Shown here: positions 26,138 to 35,177 of the stretch, piece after piece
Layout of the letters: each line of letters begins with the position of its first letter
Position numbering within the stretch: position 1 is the first letter of the stretch
Assembly: GCA_031419315.1 (NCBI GenBank)
Contig: JANOKR010000580.1
Coordinates: 1-40,415, forward strand
Length of the DNA: 40,415 nucleotides
Source of the DNA: Betaproteobacteria bacterium
Lineage (GTDB): Bacteria; Pseudomonadota; Gammaproteobacteria; Burkholderiales; Burkholderiaceae_C
Direction: 5' to 3'
The notes under the pieces: model-generated
What the model was told of the DNA's origin: nothing
The model's database searches: none
The model's input: only the letters and a program-made list of their open reading frames with translations
Made by a program: the position numbers and the translations under genes

Positions 26138-27508
26138 TCAGGCCGACACCGACGCCGGCAGCGACAGCGACGGCGGCAGCGACAGCGATACGGTGGTGCC
26201 CCGCCCGGGCGCTGACGTCACCGCGAGGCGGCCCAGTTCGACCTCGACGCGGTAGCGCATGCCGAGCAGGCCGTAGGCCGACGTTGGCGCTATCGTCGTA
26301 TCAAAACCCACCCCGTCGTCGCGCACTGACGCTTCGACGCGGCCGTTGCGCTCAAGCAGGTTGATCCAGACCTGGCTCGCCTTGGCGTATTTGCTGAGGT
26401 TGGTGATGGCTTCCTGCACCAGCCGGTAGACCACCAGCTCGGCGGTGGCCGACAACTTTACCTGCGCCAGCGCGCAGTGCACCGGCACGCCGGCGCGCTC
26501 GCCGAACTCGCGCGCCAGGATCTCGAGCGCCGATACCAGGCCCAGGTTGGCCAGCGTTGACGGCCGCAGGTCTTCGATGATGCGGCGGCCGAGCGCGATG
26601 CTGGTATTCAGGGTCGCCACCAGATGCACCAGGCGCTCCTGGGCCTCGGGCGCGGTGTTGCCCAGGCGCGCCTTGATGCGCGCCGCGTCGAGCTTGGCCG
26701 ATGTCAGCAGCCCGCCCAGGTCATCGTGCAGGTTGCGCGCCAGGCGGTTGCGCTCGTCTTCGCGCGCCGTCAAGAGGTGGCGCGTCAGGTCGGTCAACTC
26801 CGCGGTGCGCTGGCGGACTTCAACTTCGAGGCGGTCGTGCTCAACCTGCGCCACCCGTTTGAGCTCGACCTGATTCGCCCGCAAAGCCATGCGGTTGCCC
26901 AGGTAGAGCGCCATCGCGATCAAGGCGATCAGGCTCAGGCTGGCCACACCCAGGCGACTCAGTGCGAGCGTGGCTTGCAGATTGGCGCGATGGCCGTCGC
27001 GCAGTTCGATGTCTTGCCGCAGCAGCTCGATGGTCAGCTTGCGGATCTTTTCCATCTCTGCCGTCCCGACGTCGCTGATGAGGAGTTCCAGCGCCGCGGT
27101 AGCGAGACCCTCGTCGTGCAGGCGGAGGGTCTGCTGCATTTCGTCTTGCTTGGCGGCGACGGCCCGGCGCAGCGCGGCCAAGGTGGTGTGTGTCAGCGGT
27201 GTGCCGGCGTAATGGTGGTCGAGCAAGTCGAGCGATTCGCCGACCCCCTTGATGCTGCTGGTATAGGGTTCCAGGTAGGCCTTGCGGCCGGTCAACAGGT
27301 AGCCGCGCTGGGCCGTCTCGGCATCGAGCACGCCGACCTGCAATTCACGCACGTTGCTGCGCTCGCGCTGGCCCTGGGCGAGACGCTCCAGCGTGGCCCG
27401 CGACTGCGAATAGGAGATTTCGCTGACGAAGACGAAGGCCGCTGCGGCCAGCACGGCCAGCGAGCAGACCAGCGGGTTGCCTTTGACGATGGTCCATGCG
27501 TTCAGCAC
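26138..27508 (-). CDS. CHASE3-domain sensor histidine kinase (HisKA_3 / NarX class)
   Basis: '[13 protein letters not shown]...YLEPY', H-box '[12 protein letters not shown]', '[10 protein letters not shown]', 'DDGVGF', 'YGLLGMRYR'. Confidence 0.93.
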   Translation of the reverse strand: MLNAWTIVKGNPLVCSLAVLAAAAFVFVSEISYSQSRATLERLAQGQRERSNVRELQVGVLDAETAQRGYLLTGRKAYLEPYTSSIKGVGESLDLLDHHYAGTPLTHTTLAALRRAVAAKQDEMQQTLRLHDEGLATAALELLISDVGTAEMEKIRKLTIELLRQDIELRDGHRANLQATLALSRLGVASLSLIALIAMALYLGNRMALRANQVELKRVAQVEHDRLEVEVRQRTAELTDLTRHLLTAREDERNRLARNLHDDLGGLLTSAKLDAARIKARLGNTAPEAQERLVHLVATLNTSIALGRRIIEDLRPSTLANLGLVSALEILAREFGERAGVPVHCALAQVKLSATAELVVYRLVQEAITNLSKYAKASQVWINLLERNGRVEASVRDDGVGFDTTIAPTSAYGLLGMRYRVEVELGRLAVTSAPGRGTTVSLSLPPSLSLPASVSA

Positions 27509-27562
27509 CGGGCACCCCCTCTAAAAAATGCGATCATGCAGCGCAATGAAAACACACCGCTC

Positions 27563-28195
27563 ATGATTCGAATTGCCATCGTCGACGACCACGCGCTGGT
27601 GCGTGCCGGCCTGCGCCAGTACTTTGCCGACCAGATCGACTTCTGTGTGGTTGCCGAAGCGTCCAACGGACGCGACGCGCTGGATATCGTGCGCAAGGGC
27701 GAGGTCGATGTCATCGTGCTCGACATCGGCATGCCCGACCAGAGTGGCGTCGATGCGCTGGCCGCGATCCGCGCCCGTGCGCCCGACCTGCCAGTGCTGA
27801 TCCTGAGCGGCTTTGCCGAAGAGCATTACGCCACCGCCTTGCTGCGCCAGGGCGCCAGCGGTTATCTCAACAAGGACTGCGACCCCGACGAGATCGTGCG
27901 CGCGATCCGCACCGTGGCGCGCGGGCGTCGCTACATCACCGCCGGCGTGGCCGAGCGCCTGGCCGAAGGTTTGGGCGCGCGCGGTGAATTGCCGCTGCAC
28001 GAACAGTTGTCCGAGCGTGAGCTGCAGGTCTTTTTGCGCCTGGCCAAGGGCGAGACGGTGGGCCACATCGCCGACGGCATGTCGCTCAGCGTGAAGACGG
28101 TCAGCACCTACCGCACGCGGGTGATGGAGAAGATGCACCTCGCCTCCAACAGCGACCTGACCTACTACGCGCTGAAGAACGGCTTGATCCAATAG
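27563..28195 (+). CDS. NarL/LuxR-family response regulator, UvrY/GacA-like
   Basis: REC 'IVDDHALVRAG...LDIGMP'; HTH 'LSERELQV...LSVKTVSTYRTRV' resembles UvrY 'LSERELQI...LSPKTVNSYRYR'. Alternative start at 27536. Confidence 0.93.
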   Translation: MIRIAIVDDHALVRAGLRQYFADQIDFCVVAEASNGRDALDIVRKGEVDVIVLDIGMPDQSGVDALAAIRARAPDLPVLILSGFAEEHYATALLRQGASGYLNKDCDPDEIVRAIRTVARGRRYITAGVAERLAEGLGARGELPLHEQLSERELQVFLRLAKGETVGHIADGMSLSVKTVSTYRTRVMEKMHLASNSDLTYYALKNGLIQ

Positions 28196-28203
28196 GGCGC
28201 GGC

Positions 28204-28629
28204 TCAGAGCTTGCCGATCGTCGCGGCGCCGTTGTGGCCACCATCGGCCGGCAGTTCGGCGGCCAGGCGACCGCAGTACGCAATCAGCGCGTCGATATCG
28301 TGTGACTTGTCGAAGACCTGGTCAGCGCCCAGGTCGGTGCATTTGCGGCGCATTTCCGGCGTGGCGTAGTTGCTCAGCACCACCAGCTTGCCTGGTCGCG
28401 CCAGGGTCTGCGCAGCGCGCAGCACGCCCATGCCCGAGCCGCCCTTGAGGAAGATGTCGACGATCACCAGGTCGACCGGGTGGTCGGCCTGGTTCAGCCA
28501 TTGCACCGCGGTGAATTCGTCCTCGGCAGTGCCAACCACTTTGACCGGCACCAGCTCTTCGAGCGTGGCGATCAGGTTTTCGCGGATGACCGGGCTGTCT
28601 TCAACGATGTAGGTCTTGAGCGCTGGCAT
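28204..28629 (-). CDS. Single-domain response regulator (receiver only)
   Basis: 'IVEDS', 'VIVDIFL', 'VLSNY', 'FDKS'; no output domain. Confidence 0.9.
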   Translation of the reverse strand: MPALKTYIVEDSPVIRENLIATLEELVPVKVVGTAEDEFTAVQWLNQADHPVDLVIVDIFLKGGSGMGVLRAAQTLARPGKLVVLSNYATPEMRRKCTDLGADQVFDKSHDIDALIAYCGRLAAELPADGGHNGAATIGKL

Positions 28630-28677
28630 GGGCTGGGCGTAGGTTCACGGTCCTTGAAGCAAGAAGAACCCGTACGG

Positions 28678-28745
28678 AGACTGCGCTCAAATCGGGCGCC
28701 GCGCCATCAGGCGACTGCGCACCCTGATGTAGGCGGTGTCCTACG
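28678..28745 (-). promoter_or_regulatory. Box B promoter of the single-domain regulator
   Basis: Plus strand TGTAGG-CGGTGT-CCTACG (28728-28745); minus strand CTGATG from 28710 and CAGTCT from 28683. Confidence 0.72.
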
Positions 28746-28802
28746 AGCCGGCCGGCCGCGCGCGCTGACAACGCTGGCCGCGGCGCAAGCGCCAGGCCGG
28801 CC

Positions 28803-28870
28803 CGTAGGACATCTACTACCGGGGATCAGGCTGCTGTCTGATGGGCTGGCGGTCAGCGGACTCGCAGACT
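28803..28870 (+). promoter_or_regulatory. Box B promoter of the crystallin gene
   Basis: CGTAGG-ACATCT-ACTACC (28803-28820), CTGATG at 28838, CAGACT at 28865. Confidence 0.68.
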
Positions 28871-28939
28871 GAGCCCGTTGTAAGCGGGCCGCGGTTCGTT
28901 CTGTTCCCCGGCTTGCATCGCCACTCACCGGAGAACACC

Positions 28940-30076
28940 ATGAACCAATTTTCGAAGATCGCCCTGGCCGTTGCGAGCGTGGCGCTGAGCTGCCAGGTCG
29001 CTGCCGACGTCACGCTGTACGAGCACGACGGCTACCAGGGCCGGTCGTTCGTCACCGAGCGCACGGTCAACAACCTTGAGCGTTTTGGCTTCAACGACCG
29101 TTCGTCGTCGGTGGTCGTCGCGGGCAACCGCTGGGAGCGCTGGGAGGTCTGCGAAGACCGGCGCTTTCGCGGCCGCTGCGTGATCCTGCGCCGCGGTGAG
29201 TACCCGTCGCTGGCGGCGATGGGCTTGAACGACCGCGTCACCTCGGTGCGCGCCGTCAGCCGCAACGCCCGCTACGACGACGAACGTTATGCGCCGGCGC
29301 CGCCGGCAGCACCACCTGCCCAGAAGAGCCAGGTCGTGTTCTACGAAAACGAAGGCTTCGAAGGCCGCAGCTTCACCGCCGAAACACCGATTGCCGACTT
29401 TCGTCGCAGTGGTTTCAATGACCGTGCCTCGTCGGTTGTCGTGCGCGGCGCACGCTGGGAGGTGTGTGACTCGATCGGCTACGCCGGCCGTTGTGTGGTG
29501 CTGCGGCCGGGCCAATACGCGTCGCTGTCGGCGATGGGCCTGAACGACCGTGTCTCGTCAGTGCGCGCCGTGAGCACCACGGCGCGTGTCGACGACAACC
29601 GCTACTCGCCAGCGCCATTGGTCGCGCAGGACTTCGGCCGGCGCAACAACGAGCGTGTCTACGAGGCCAACATCACGTCAGTGCGTGCCGTGGTCGGCGA
29701 CTCCGGCCAGCGCTGCTGGGTCGAGCCGCAGCAGGTCATGCAGGAACAACGCGGTGGCACCAACATCCCCGGCGCGCTGCTCGGCGCGGTGATCGGTGGT
29801 GTGCTCGGCCACCAGGTCGGCGGCGGCACCGGCAAGGATGTCGCCACCGGCATCGGCGTCATCGCCGGCGCGGCAATCGGCGGCAACCAGGGCCGTGGTA
29901 GCGAAAAAGTGGTGACGACGAAAAACGTGCAACGCTGCAGCACCAACCCTGCCCAGGCCCGGCCCGCCTACTGGGACGTGACCTACAACTTCCGCGGCGT
30001 CGAGCATCACATGCAGATGAATACCGCGCCCGGCGCAACGGTGTCGGTCAACGAGCGGGGTGAGCCGCGCGCCTGA
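28940..30076 (+). CDS. Secreted beta/gamma-crystallin (two domains) plus glycine zipper 2TM protein
   Basis: GGAG RBS, signal peptide, four Greek-key motifs ending NDRSSS/NDRVTS/NDRASS/NDRVSS, C-terminal glycine zipper. Confidence 0.9.
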   Translation: MNQFSKIALAVASVALSCQVAADVTLYEHDGYQGRSFVTERTVNNLERFGFNDRSSSVVVAGNRWERWEVCEDRRFRGRCVILRRGEYPSLAAMGLNDRVTSVRAVSRNARYDDERYAPAPPAAPPAQKSQVVFYENEGFEGRSFTAETPIADFRRSGFNDRASSVVVRGARWEVCDSIGYAGRCVVLRPGQYASLSAMGLNDRVSSVRAVSTTARVDDNRYSPAPLVAQDFGRRNNERVYEANITSVRAVVGDSGQRCWVEPQQVMQEQRGGTNIPGALLGAVIGGVLGHQVGGGTGKDVATGIGVIAGAAIGGNQGRGSEKVVTTKNVQRCSTNPAQARPAYWDVTYNFRGVEHHMQMNTAPGATVSVNERGEPRA

Positions 30077-30101
30077 GTTGTGGGGCGTTTTTGAATCGCG
30101 C

Positions 30102-30129
30102 AAAGCGGCCCCTGGGGCCGCTTTTTTTT
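30102..30129 (+). terminator. Rho-independent terminator
   Basis: AAAGCGGCCC-CTG-GGGCCGCTTT stem followed by a T-run, 25 nt after the crystallin stop codon. Confidence 0.88.
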
Positions 30130-30301
30130 GTGCCGGAGTCGACTTCGTATCGGCTGGTCATCAGCGCGATGGTCTCAACCCGCGAACCGCGCGGCGCCGA
30201 TGTGTTGATCGTCGACGGCCGGGCTGCCGGCCTACAGTTGTCGGAACGCCTGCGGCACGACGCCCACGACATCAAGGCGGGTTCGACAGTGCCCTGATGG
30301 G

Positions 30302-30679
30302 TCAGCGTGCGACCAACGCAACCGTCGCCACCGCGGCATTGCCACGGCCGGGGGTAGTCGTCGCGGCGGCGTGGTCGGCGCTGAGCTGCGCATGGCAGTC
30401 GGCGCGTTGGGCAACCCCGGACAAGGTGTTGCAGCGCCAGAACCGATCGGTATGCGCGGCGATCGCCCGATTGCGCGATTGCCCTTGTTCGACACCGTCA
30501 TTCACCACCCGCTCGAAAGCGAACAAGAGGGCGAACATGCACAACGTGGCGATCAGCACCAACCAGACCGGCGCCTGCATTGCCGCGAGTGCCCATTGCT
30601 GCCGCAGCCTGTCAGGCCGACGCGGCGCAACCAAGCCGCCCGAGGCCGGATCTTCCCAACTGCGCTGCACGATGTTCAT
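30302..30679 (-). CDS. Hypothetical single-TM protein with C-x11-C
   Basis: GGAGAG RBS, one TM segment, 'WRCNTLSGVAQRADC'. Confidence 0.65.
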   Translation of the reverse strand: MNIVQRSWEDPASGGLVAPRRPDRLRQQWALAAMQAPVWLVLIATLCMFALLFAFERVVNDGVEQGQSRNRAIAAHTDRFWRCNTLSGVAQRADCHAQLSADHAAATTTPGRGNAAVATVALVAR

Positions 30680-30727
30680 GACCGCTCTCCCGAGTCGCCC
30701 GCGGGATGCGTGCGTTTGAATGAAGCG

Positions 30728-30795
30728 ATGCTGCGCGTGCGCTCCGGCGCACGCCATCGGCGCAGCGGCGCATTCGGTGTAGGAAGCGCCTTACA
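30728..30795 (-). promoter_or_regulatory. Box B promoter of the gene at 30679
   Basis: Plus strand TGTAGG-AAGCGC-CTTACA (30778-30795); minus strand CCGATG from 30760 and CAGCAT from 30733. Confidence 0.72.
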
Positions 30796-30973
30796 GGCCG
30801 CGCACGCCGACCGGCAGCCGCAGCACCCGCCGCGCGAGTTTGTCCGGTGTCGCCGGAACTTCGGTCGACACCTTGCCGGGTGGCGGCGAACCCTCGGCGG
30901 TGAAATCGGCCTGCTGCTGCACGAGCGTCTTGGCCTTGATCTTGGGATCGTTTGGTGGCGCGGTTTTTTTCAT
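30791..30973 (-). CDS. Small hypothetical protein (60 aa, DFTAEGSPPPG motif)
   Basis: AAGGAA RBS, MKKTAPPNDPK...; a box A promoter lies upstream. Confidence 0.6.
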   Translation of the reverse strand: MKKTAPPNDPKIKAKTLVQQQADFTAEGSPPPGKVSTEVPATPDKLARRVLRLPVGVRGL

Positions 30974-31096
30974 GATGGTTCCTTGCGGGAGAAGTAAGGC
31001 TTCCCAGGCGGTCGGCCCGCGGGCGCGAACCGAAGCGCATCGACACGATGCCGTGCCGAACAAGGGCCAGCGTAGGGCGCGGACCGGTGCAGCGTC

Positions 31097-31112
31097 AGTA
31101 CGTTGGCGCACG
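31097..31112 (-). promoter_or_regulatory. Box A for the gene at 30973
   Basis: Minus strand CGTGCG-CCAA-CGTACT-GAC; TACGCT at 31074-31069 (offset 23). Confidence 0.7.
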
Positions 31113-31183
31113 CAGCGGCGCTGCCCGGCGCGGCGTGCCGCGCTGTCACGGCGATGCGGCGGACGCCCCGCTGCCGGCCACGC

Positions 31184-31251
31184 TGTAAGGCGTGGACTAC
31201 GCCAACCCCGCGCCTGCGCCGATGGTGGGCATCGACGCCGCAGCGCAGGAT
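31184..31251 (+). promoter_or_regulatory. Box B promoter of the gene at 31340
   Basis: TGTAAG-GCGTGG-ACTACG (31184-31201), CCGATG at 31219, CAGGAT at 31246. Confidence 0.7.
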
Positions 31252-31339
31252 GGATTTCGCCGGGTCGCCCTGCCTGCGCTGAAGTCAGCGTGGTCCCGAT
31301 GGGCCCGCCCGTTCCCCGCTTCAATCCAAGGAGTCTGTT

Positions 31340-31789
31340 ATGAATCCCCAATGCCAACGACGCTGCCTCGTGCCCGTCACCCAAGGGCTGCTCGGCGCCA
31401 TGCTGGTGCTGCTCAGCGCAGCCCCACAAGCGCGCACCCATCGCGACGAGGCCAGCGCCCGCTACGCGCTTGAGCGCGCGGTATGCACGAGTGGCCAGTC
31501 GAACCAGGACCGCGCAACCTGCCTGCGCGAAGCCGGCGCGGCGCTTGCCGAAGCCCGCCGCGACGGCTTGAAAACCGCTGCTGATCAATTGGCCGGCAAC
31601 GCCACCAAGCGTTGTGAGCCGCTGCCGGCCGCGGATCGAAGCGCCTGCATGGCACGCATGAACGGCCTGGGCACCGTCAGCGGCAGTGTTGCCGCCGGTG
31701 GCATCGTGCGCGAACTGGTCATCCGCGAGACGCTGCCAGCGATGCCGGACAAGCCCGCCAGCGACGCGCCAACCGCGCCCACCAAGTAG
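31340..31789 (+). CDS. Secreted hypothetical protein with two Cys pairs
   Basis: AAGGAG RBS; 'ERAVCTSGQSNQDRATCLREA', 'RCEPLPAADRSAC', 'SGSVAAGGIVRE'. Confidence 0.8.
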   Translation: MNPQCQRRCLVPVTQGLLGAMLVLLSAAPQARTHRDEASARYALERAVCTSGQSNQDRATCLREAGAALAEARRDGLKTAADQLAGNATKRCEPLPAADRSACMARMNGLGTVSGSVAAGGIVRELVIRETLPAMPDKPASDAPTAPTK

Positions 31790-31918
31790 CCATCACGCGT
31801 CCGGCCGGAGCCGGACGCGGCCGTCTCGCATCGCGATGCGGCCCGGCACACTGGCGGCGCTATTGCCGGTGCCGGTGCCGGTGCCGACAGTGCGCCGACG
31901 GCAGTCAGCGCAGAACGA

Positions 31919-32872
31919 TCAGCGCGGCACGATCGCGCCGTTCTCGTCAGACAGGACGATCTCGACGCGCCGGTTCAACTGGCGGCCGCCAGCGCTGTCG
32001 TTGCCCGCAACCGGATAAGCCTCGCCGTAGCCCTGGGTCGCAATGCGGTCCATCGCGACGCCCATCGTGGCCAACGCGGCGCGCACCGCATCAGCGCGCC
32101 TTGCCGAGAGTTCCTGGTTGTGCGCATCGTTGCCGACGCTGTCGGTGAAGCCCTCGATCAAGGCCTTGCGCTGCGGGTACTCCTTCATGAAGCCGACCAG
32201 CTTCTCGATGCTGCGCATGCCGCCCGGTTTGAGCTGCGACATGTTCGTGTCGAAGAGGACATCGCCGATCGTCACGACCATGCCGCGGTCGGTCTTCTTC
32301 GCATTCAGATCCCTGAGCTGCGCTTCGAGCTGCCGGCTGCGTGCCTCGGCGTCGCCGGCTTGCTGCTGCGCCGTGGCCGCCTGCTGTTGCGAGCTTGCGG
32401 CCTGCTGGCGCGAGGCCACGGCCTGGCGCTGCGATGCATCGGCCTGACGCCTGGACTCGTCCGACTGGACCTGTGCCACCTCGGCGCTGCGCTGCGCCGC
32501 ATCGGCTTCGCTGGTGCGTACCGCCAGGCGCAGCTTGTCGCGCGCGCCCTCGGCATTGGCGACCGTCATCTCGGCCACTTTCTGGCGGGTCGTCTCCTGC
32601 GCGATGGCTACGCGCTGCTTGGCCACATACGCCAGGTGGCTGACATCGCTGGCGCTGTCCTTGTGGCTGAAGGCCTGGTCGGCCCGGCCCAGCGCGTCAG
32701 CTGCTGCTTTCAGTTCGACGGGCGCCAGCGCACTGGTCTGGGGGTCGGCCAGCGCGTTGCGGTAGTCGCTGCGGGCTTCGATGAGCAGCGCGTTGTCGGC
32801 GGTCAGTGAACTGCAGCCGGCGAGTACGGCCAGGGCGACCAGCGTCAGCGGGAGGATTCGGTGGGTGTTCAT
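31919..32872 (-). CDS. OmpA-family lipoprotein with N-terminal DUF4398 and coiled coil
   Basis: Lipobox LAGC; 'DVLFD', 'IEGFTDSVG', 'LSARRADAV', 'NRRVEI'. Confidence 0.93.
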   Translation of the reverse strand: MNTHRILPLTLVALAVLAGCSSLTADNALLIEARSDYRNALADPQTSALAPVELKAAADALGRADQAFSHKDSASDVSHLAYVAKQRVAIAQETTRQKVAEMTVANAEGARDKLRLAVRTSEADAAQRSAEVAQVQSDESRRQADASQRQAVASRQQAASSQQQAATAQQQAGDAEARSRQLEAQLRDLNAKKTDRGMVVTIGDVLFDTNMSQLKPGGMRSIEKLVGFMKEYPQRKALIEGFTDSVGNDAHNQELSARRADAVRAALATMGVAMDRIATQGYGEAYPVAGNDSAGGRQLNRRVEIVLSDENGAIVPR

Positions 32873-32874
32873 GA

Positions 32875-33270
32875 TCAGTTCCTGGGTGTGGTGGTTGAGG
32901 CCGGCGCCTTGCGAAGCATTTCTTCGCTGAGCACGCGGTTGGCTTCCTGCGCTTCGTCGGCGGCCTTGCGCGCCTTGCTCGAGTTGGCCTTCGCTTCGGC
33001 AAGCTGAGCGTCGACTTGCGACTGCTGCGCAAACATCCGGGCATCGTCATGCTTCTTCGCGACCATCGCCAGGTTGGCGCGGTCGAGTTTTTCGCGCGCC
33101 AGTCGCATCTCGGCCGCGGCCCATTCGGGGCCGCCAGCCCGCGTGGCATTGGCCAACGCTGCGGTCGTTACGGCGACTTGTTCGGTTGGCGGCGGTGTGC
33201 TGGCGCAGCCGCCGAGGAAGATCGAAACGCCAGCCAGAAAGGCCGGCAGCGGATATCGATAGCGGGTCAT
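32875..33270 (-). CDS. DUF4398 lipoprotein
   Basis: Lipobox LGGC; 'AREKLDRA...A QQSQVDAQLAEAKA'; typical partner of OmpA/DUF4398 genes. Confidence 0.88.
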   Translation of the reverse strand: MTRYRYPLPAFLAGVSIFLGGCASTPPPTEQVAVTTAALANATRAGGPEWAAAEMRLAREKLDRANLAMVAKKHDDARMFAQQSQVDAQLAEAKANSSKARKAADEAQEANRVLSEEMLRKAPASTTTPRN

Positions 33271-33372
33271 CGTGGGGTCCAGTCTTTCAAGAGGCCGCGT
33301 GAGCGTCGGGCGTGGGGGCCACGCCGCGTTGATCCTCGTGCGGCTACGGTGGGGCCGCAGCGCGTGCCGATC

Positions 33373-33388
33373 GGTGCGTTGGCACACG
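33373..33388 (-). promoter_or_regulatory. Box A for the DUF4398-ompA operon
   Basis: Minus strand CGTGTG-CCAA-CGCACC-GAT; CACCGT at 33351-33346 (offset 22). Confidence 0.65.
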
Positions 33389-33679
33389 CAGGGCGATCGT
33401 CGAGCGCACGACTGACAACGCTGCGAGATGCGGTCCTACAGCGCAGTCGACGGCGCTCTACGGTGCTCCACGCAGGTCATGAACCGAATCCTCGCCGCGC
33501 GGGCGGCGCTGGTCGTCGCAACGTCGACCTGCGCCAGGAGATACCGCCGCCCGGCATCAATGACTGCCTTGCTGCCTTGCTGTCTGGCAGCAAGGCCGCC
33601 GGGGTGATCACCTCGGCGGTGCCCAGAGCAGTTGCGTCGCGGCGCATGGGTTGGGCCTCGTGTCGATGACTTGCATCGA

Positions 33680-33869
33680 ATGCCGAGTCGTAGCGCCCGA
33701 TCAGCACACGCTCGCTCGACGCGCCAATGCTGTAGCACCAGTAGCAGGACACCGCTGCGGCCGCGCCCTTGCGCAGCTGGAGGCCGCCGATCAGCTTCAC
33801 CTTGCAGAGCGTTGCGAAGCTGCCCGCTGGCATATCCTTGGCCCGCTGGCCGGCGGTTTTTGTTGCCAT
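33680..33869 (-). pseudogene. Tyrosine integrase N-terminal (arm-binding) remnant
   Basis: From ATG 33869: MATKTAGQ...GGLQLRKGAAAAVSCYWCYSIGASSERVLIGRYDS resembles integrase arm-binding domains (GL.LR...W..RY...R..IG.Y). No catalytic domain follows. Left boundary approximate. Confidence 0.6.
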
Positions 33870-33904
33870 GAGAATCCGCAGCGACCCACGGCGGTGGGAC
33901 CCTG

Positions 33905-33944
33905 AATTCGTTGGTCGAAGGTTCGAATCCTTCAGGGCCCGCCA
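33905..33944 (+). mobile_element. tRNA 3'-half remnant (att-like scar), Lys/Ile2-like; not an intact tRNA
   Basis: GTTGGTC-GAAGG-TTCGAAT-CCTTC-AGGGCCC-G-CCA: perfect T-arm, acceptor 3' strand and CCA, but no pairing 5' acceptor strand or D-arm upstream. Confidence 0.75.
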
Positions 33945-34192
33945 GACACGCACAAAAGGCCGCGGATTTGCATGATGCAGGCCGTTGCTTCATCCGGGCG
34001 ATGGCCGCGCTTGCGTCGCAATGGCGTGAGCCGACGCGCCCCGGCCCAAAAGCGTCGGCGGCCGGCTGCTCCGACCGGGCGACACCGTCGAGCGGCTGAA
34101 GCTGAGATCACGCTGCGACAGGCCGAGTGCAGGAAGCTCTAAGCTAGCGAGCATCGCAGGCGCGCCGCCTGGATGCCAAAAGGGGCCTTCGC

Positions 34193-35176
34193 ATGCAACA
34201 ACCTTCCCGCCGTGGTTTCCTCGCCTTGCTGCTGGCCAGCCTGCCGCTGCTTCACGGCGCCGCGCTGGCGCAAGCCGGCAGCTACCCGGACAAGCCGGTG
34301 CGCTTTCTGGTGCCGTACCCGCCCGGCGGCGGCACCGATGTCATTGCGCGCATCGTGCAGGCCAGGTTCCAGGCCGCGCTCGGCCAGCCGGTGGTGATTG
34401 AAAACAAGGGTGGCGCCGGTGGCTCGGTCGGCACCGAGGTCGTCGCCAAGTCGCCGGCCGACGGCTACACGGTGCTCTTCACCTTGAGCTCGCACACCAT
34501 CAACCCGGCGATTTTTGCCAAGCTCAACTACGACACGCTGAAGGATTTCGAGCCCGTCGGGCTGGTCGCCTCGTTGCCGCAGATCCTGGTCGCCCATCCG
34601 CAGTTTGCGGCCAACACGGTGGCCGAGCTGACTGCGCTGGCGAAGGCCAAACCGGGCACGATGGCTTTTGCTTCGGTGGGCAACGGCTCGCCGGGCCATC
34701 TGGCGGGCGAGCTGCACGCGCTGCGCATCGGCACGCCGCTGACGCACATCCCCTATCGCGGCGGTGGCCCGGCGGTGACCGACGTGATGGGTGGGCAGGT
34801 GCCGACGCTGTGGGTCTCGATCCCTGCCGCGGCGCAGTTTGTGAAGACCGGCAAGCTCAAGGCGTTGGCAGTGTCGACGCTCAAACGCAGTGCTGCGTTT
34901 CCTGATGTGCCGACGATGCAAGAGGCCGGCATCAACGACTTCGAAGTCGACAGCTGGTACGCGATGTTCGTGCCGGCGAAGACACCTCGCGCGGTGGTCG
35001 ACAGGCTCAACCGCGCGCTCAACGCGGTGCTCGCCGACCCTGAGGTACGGCAGCAGTTGCTCGCCCAGGGCGCTGAAGGCGTGGGTGGCACGCCCGAGCG
35101 CCTGGGCGTGGCGGTGGCGGCCGAGCTGCCAAAGTGGGCCAAGCTGGCCAAGGACGCCAATATCAAGGCTGATTGA
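34193..35176 (+). CDS. Bug/TctC tripartite tricarboxylate transporter substrate-binding protein
   Basis: 'YPDKPVRFLVPYPPGGGTD', 'ENKGGAGG', 'HIPYRGGGPA', 'PDVPTMQEAG'. Confidence 0.95.
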   Translation: MQQPSRRGFLALLLASLPLLHGAALAQAGSYPDKPVRFLVPYPPGGGTDVIARIVQARFQAALGQPVVIENKGGAGGSVGTEVVAKSPADGYTVLFTLSSHTINPAIFAKLNYDTLKDFEPVGLVASLPQILVAHPQFAANTVAELTALAKAKPGTMAFASVGNGSPGHLAGELHALRIGTPLTHIPYRGGGPAVTDVMGGQVPTLWVSIPAAAQFVKTGKLKALAVSTLKRSAAFPDVPTMQEAGINDFEVDSWYAMFVPAKTPRAVVDRLNRALNAVLADPEVRQQLLAQGAEGVGGTPERLGVAVAAELPKWAKLAKDANIKAD

Positions 35177-35177
35177 G

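Noticed and set aside
30736-30753. CGTGCG-CTCCGG-CGCACG as an additional box A
   Set aside because: The spacer is 6 nt rather than 4 and there is no GAC flank; it lies in the spacer of a box B promoter and may be chance in GC-rich DNA.
33412-33440. Box B upstream of the DUF4398-ompA operon
   Set aside because: Only isolated half-sites (CTGACA, CCTACA) without a matching partner arm or the N17/N21 architecture.
33869-33944. Intact tRNA gene
   Set aside because: The 5' region cannot pair with AGGGCCC and has no D-arm; only the 3' half is tRNA-like.
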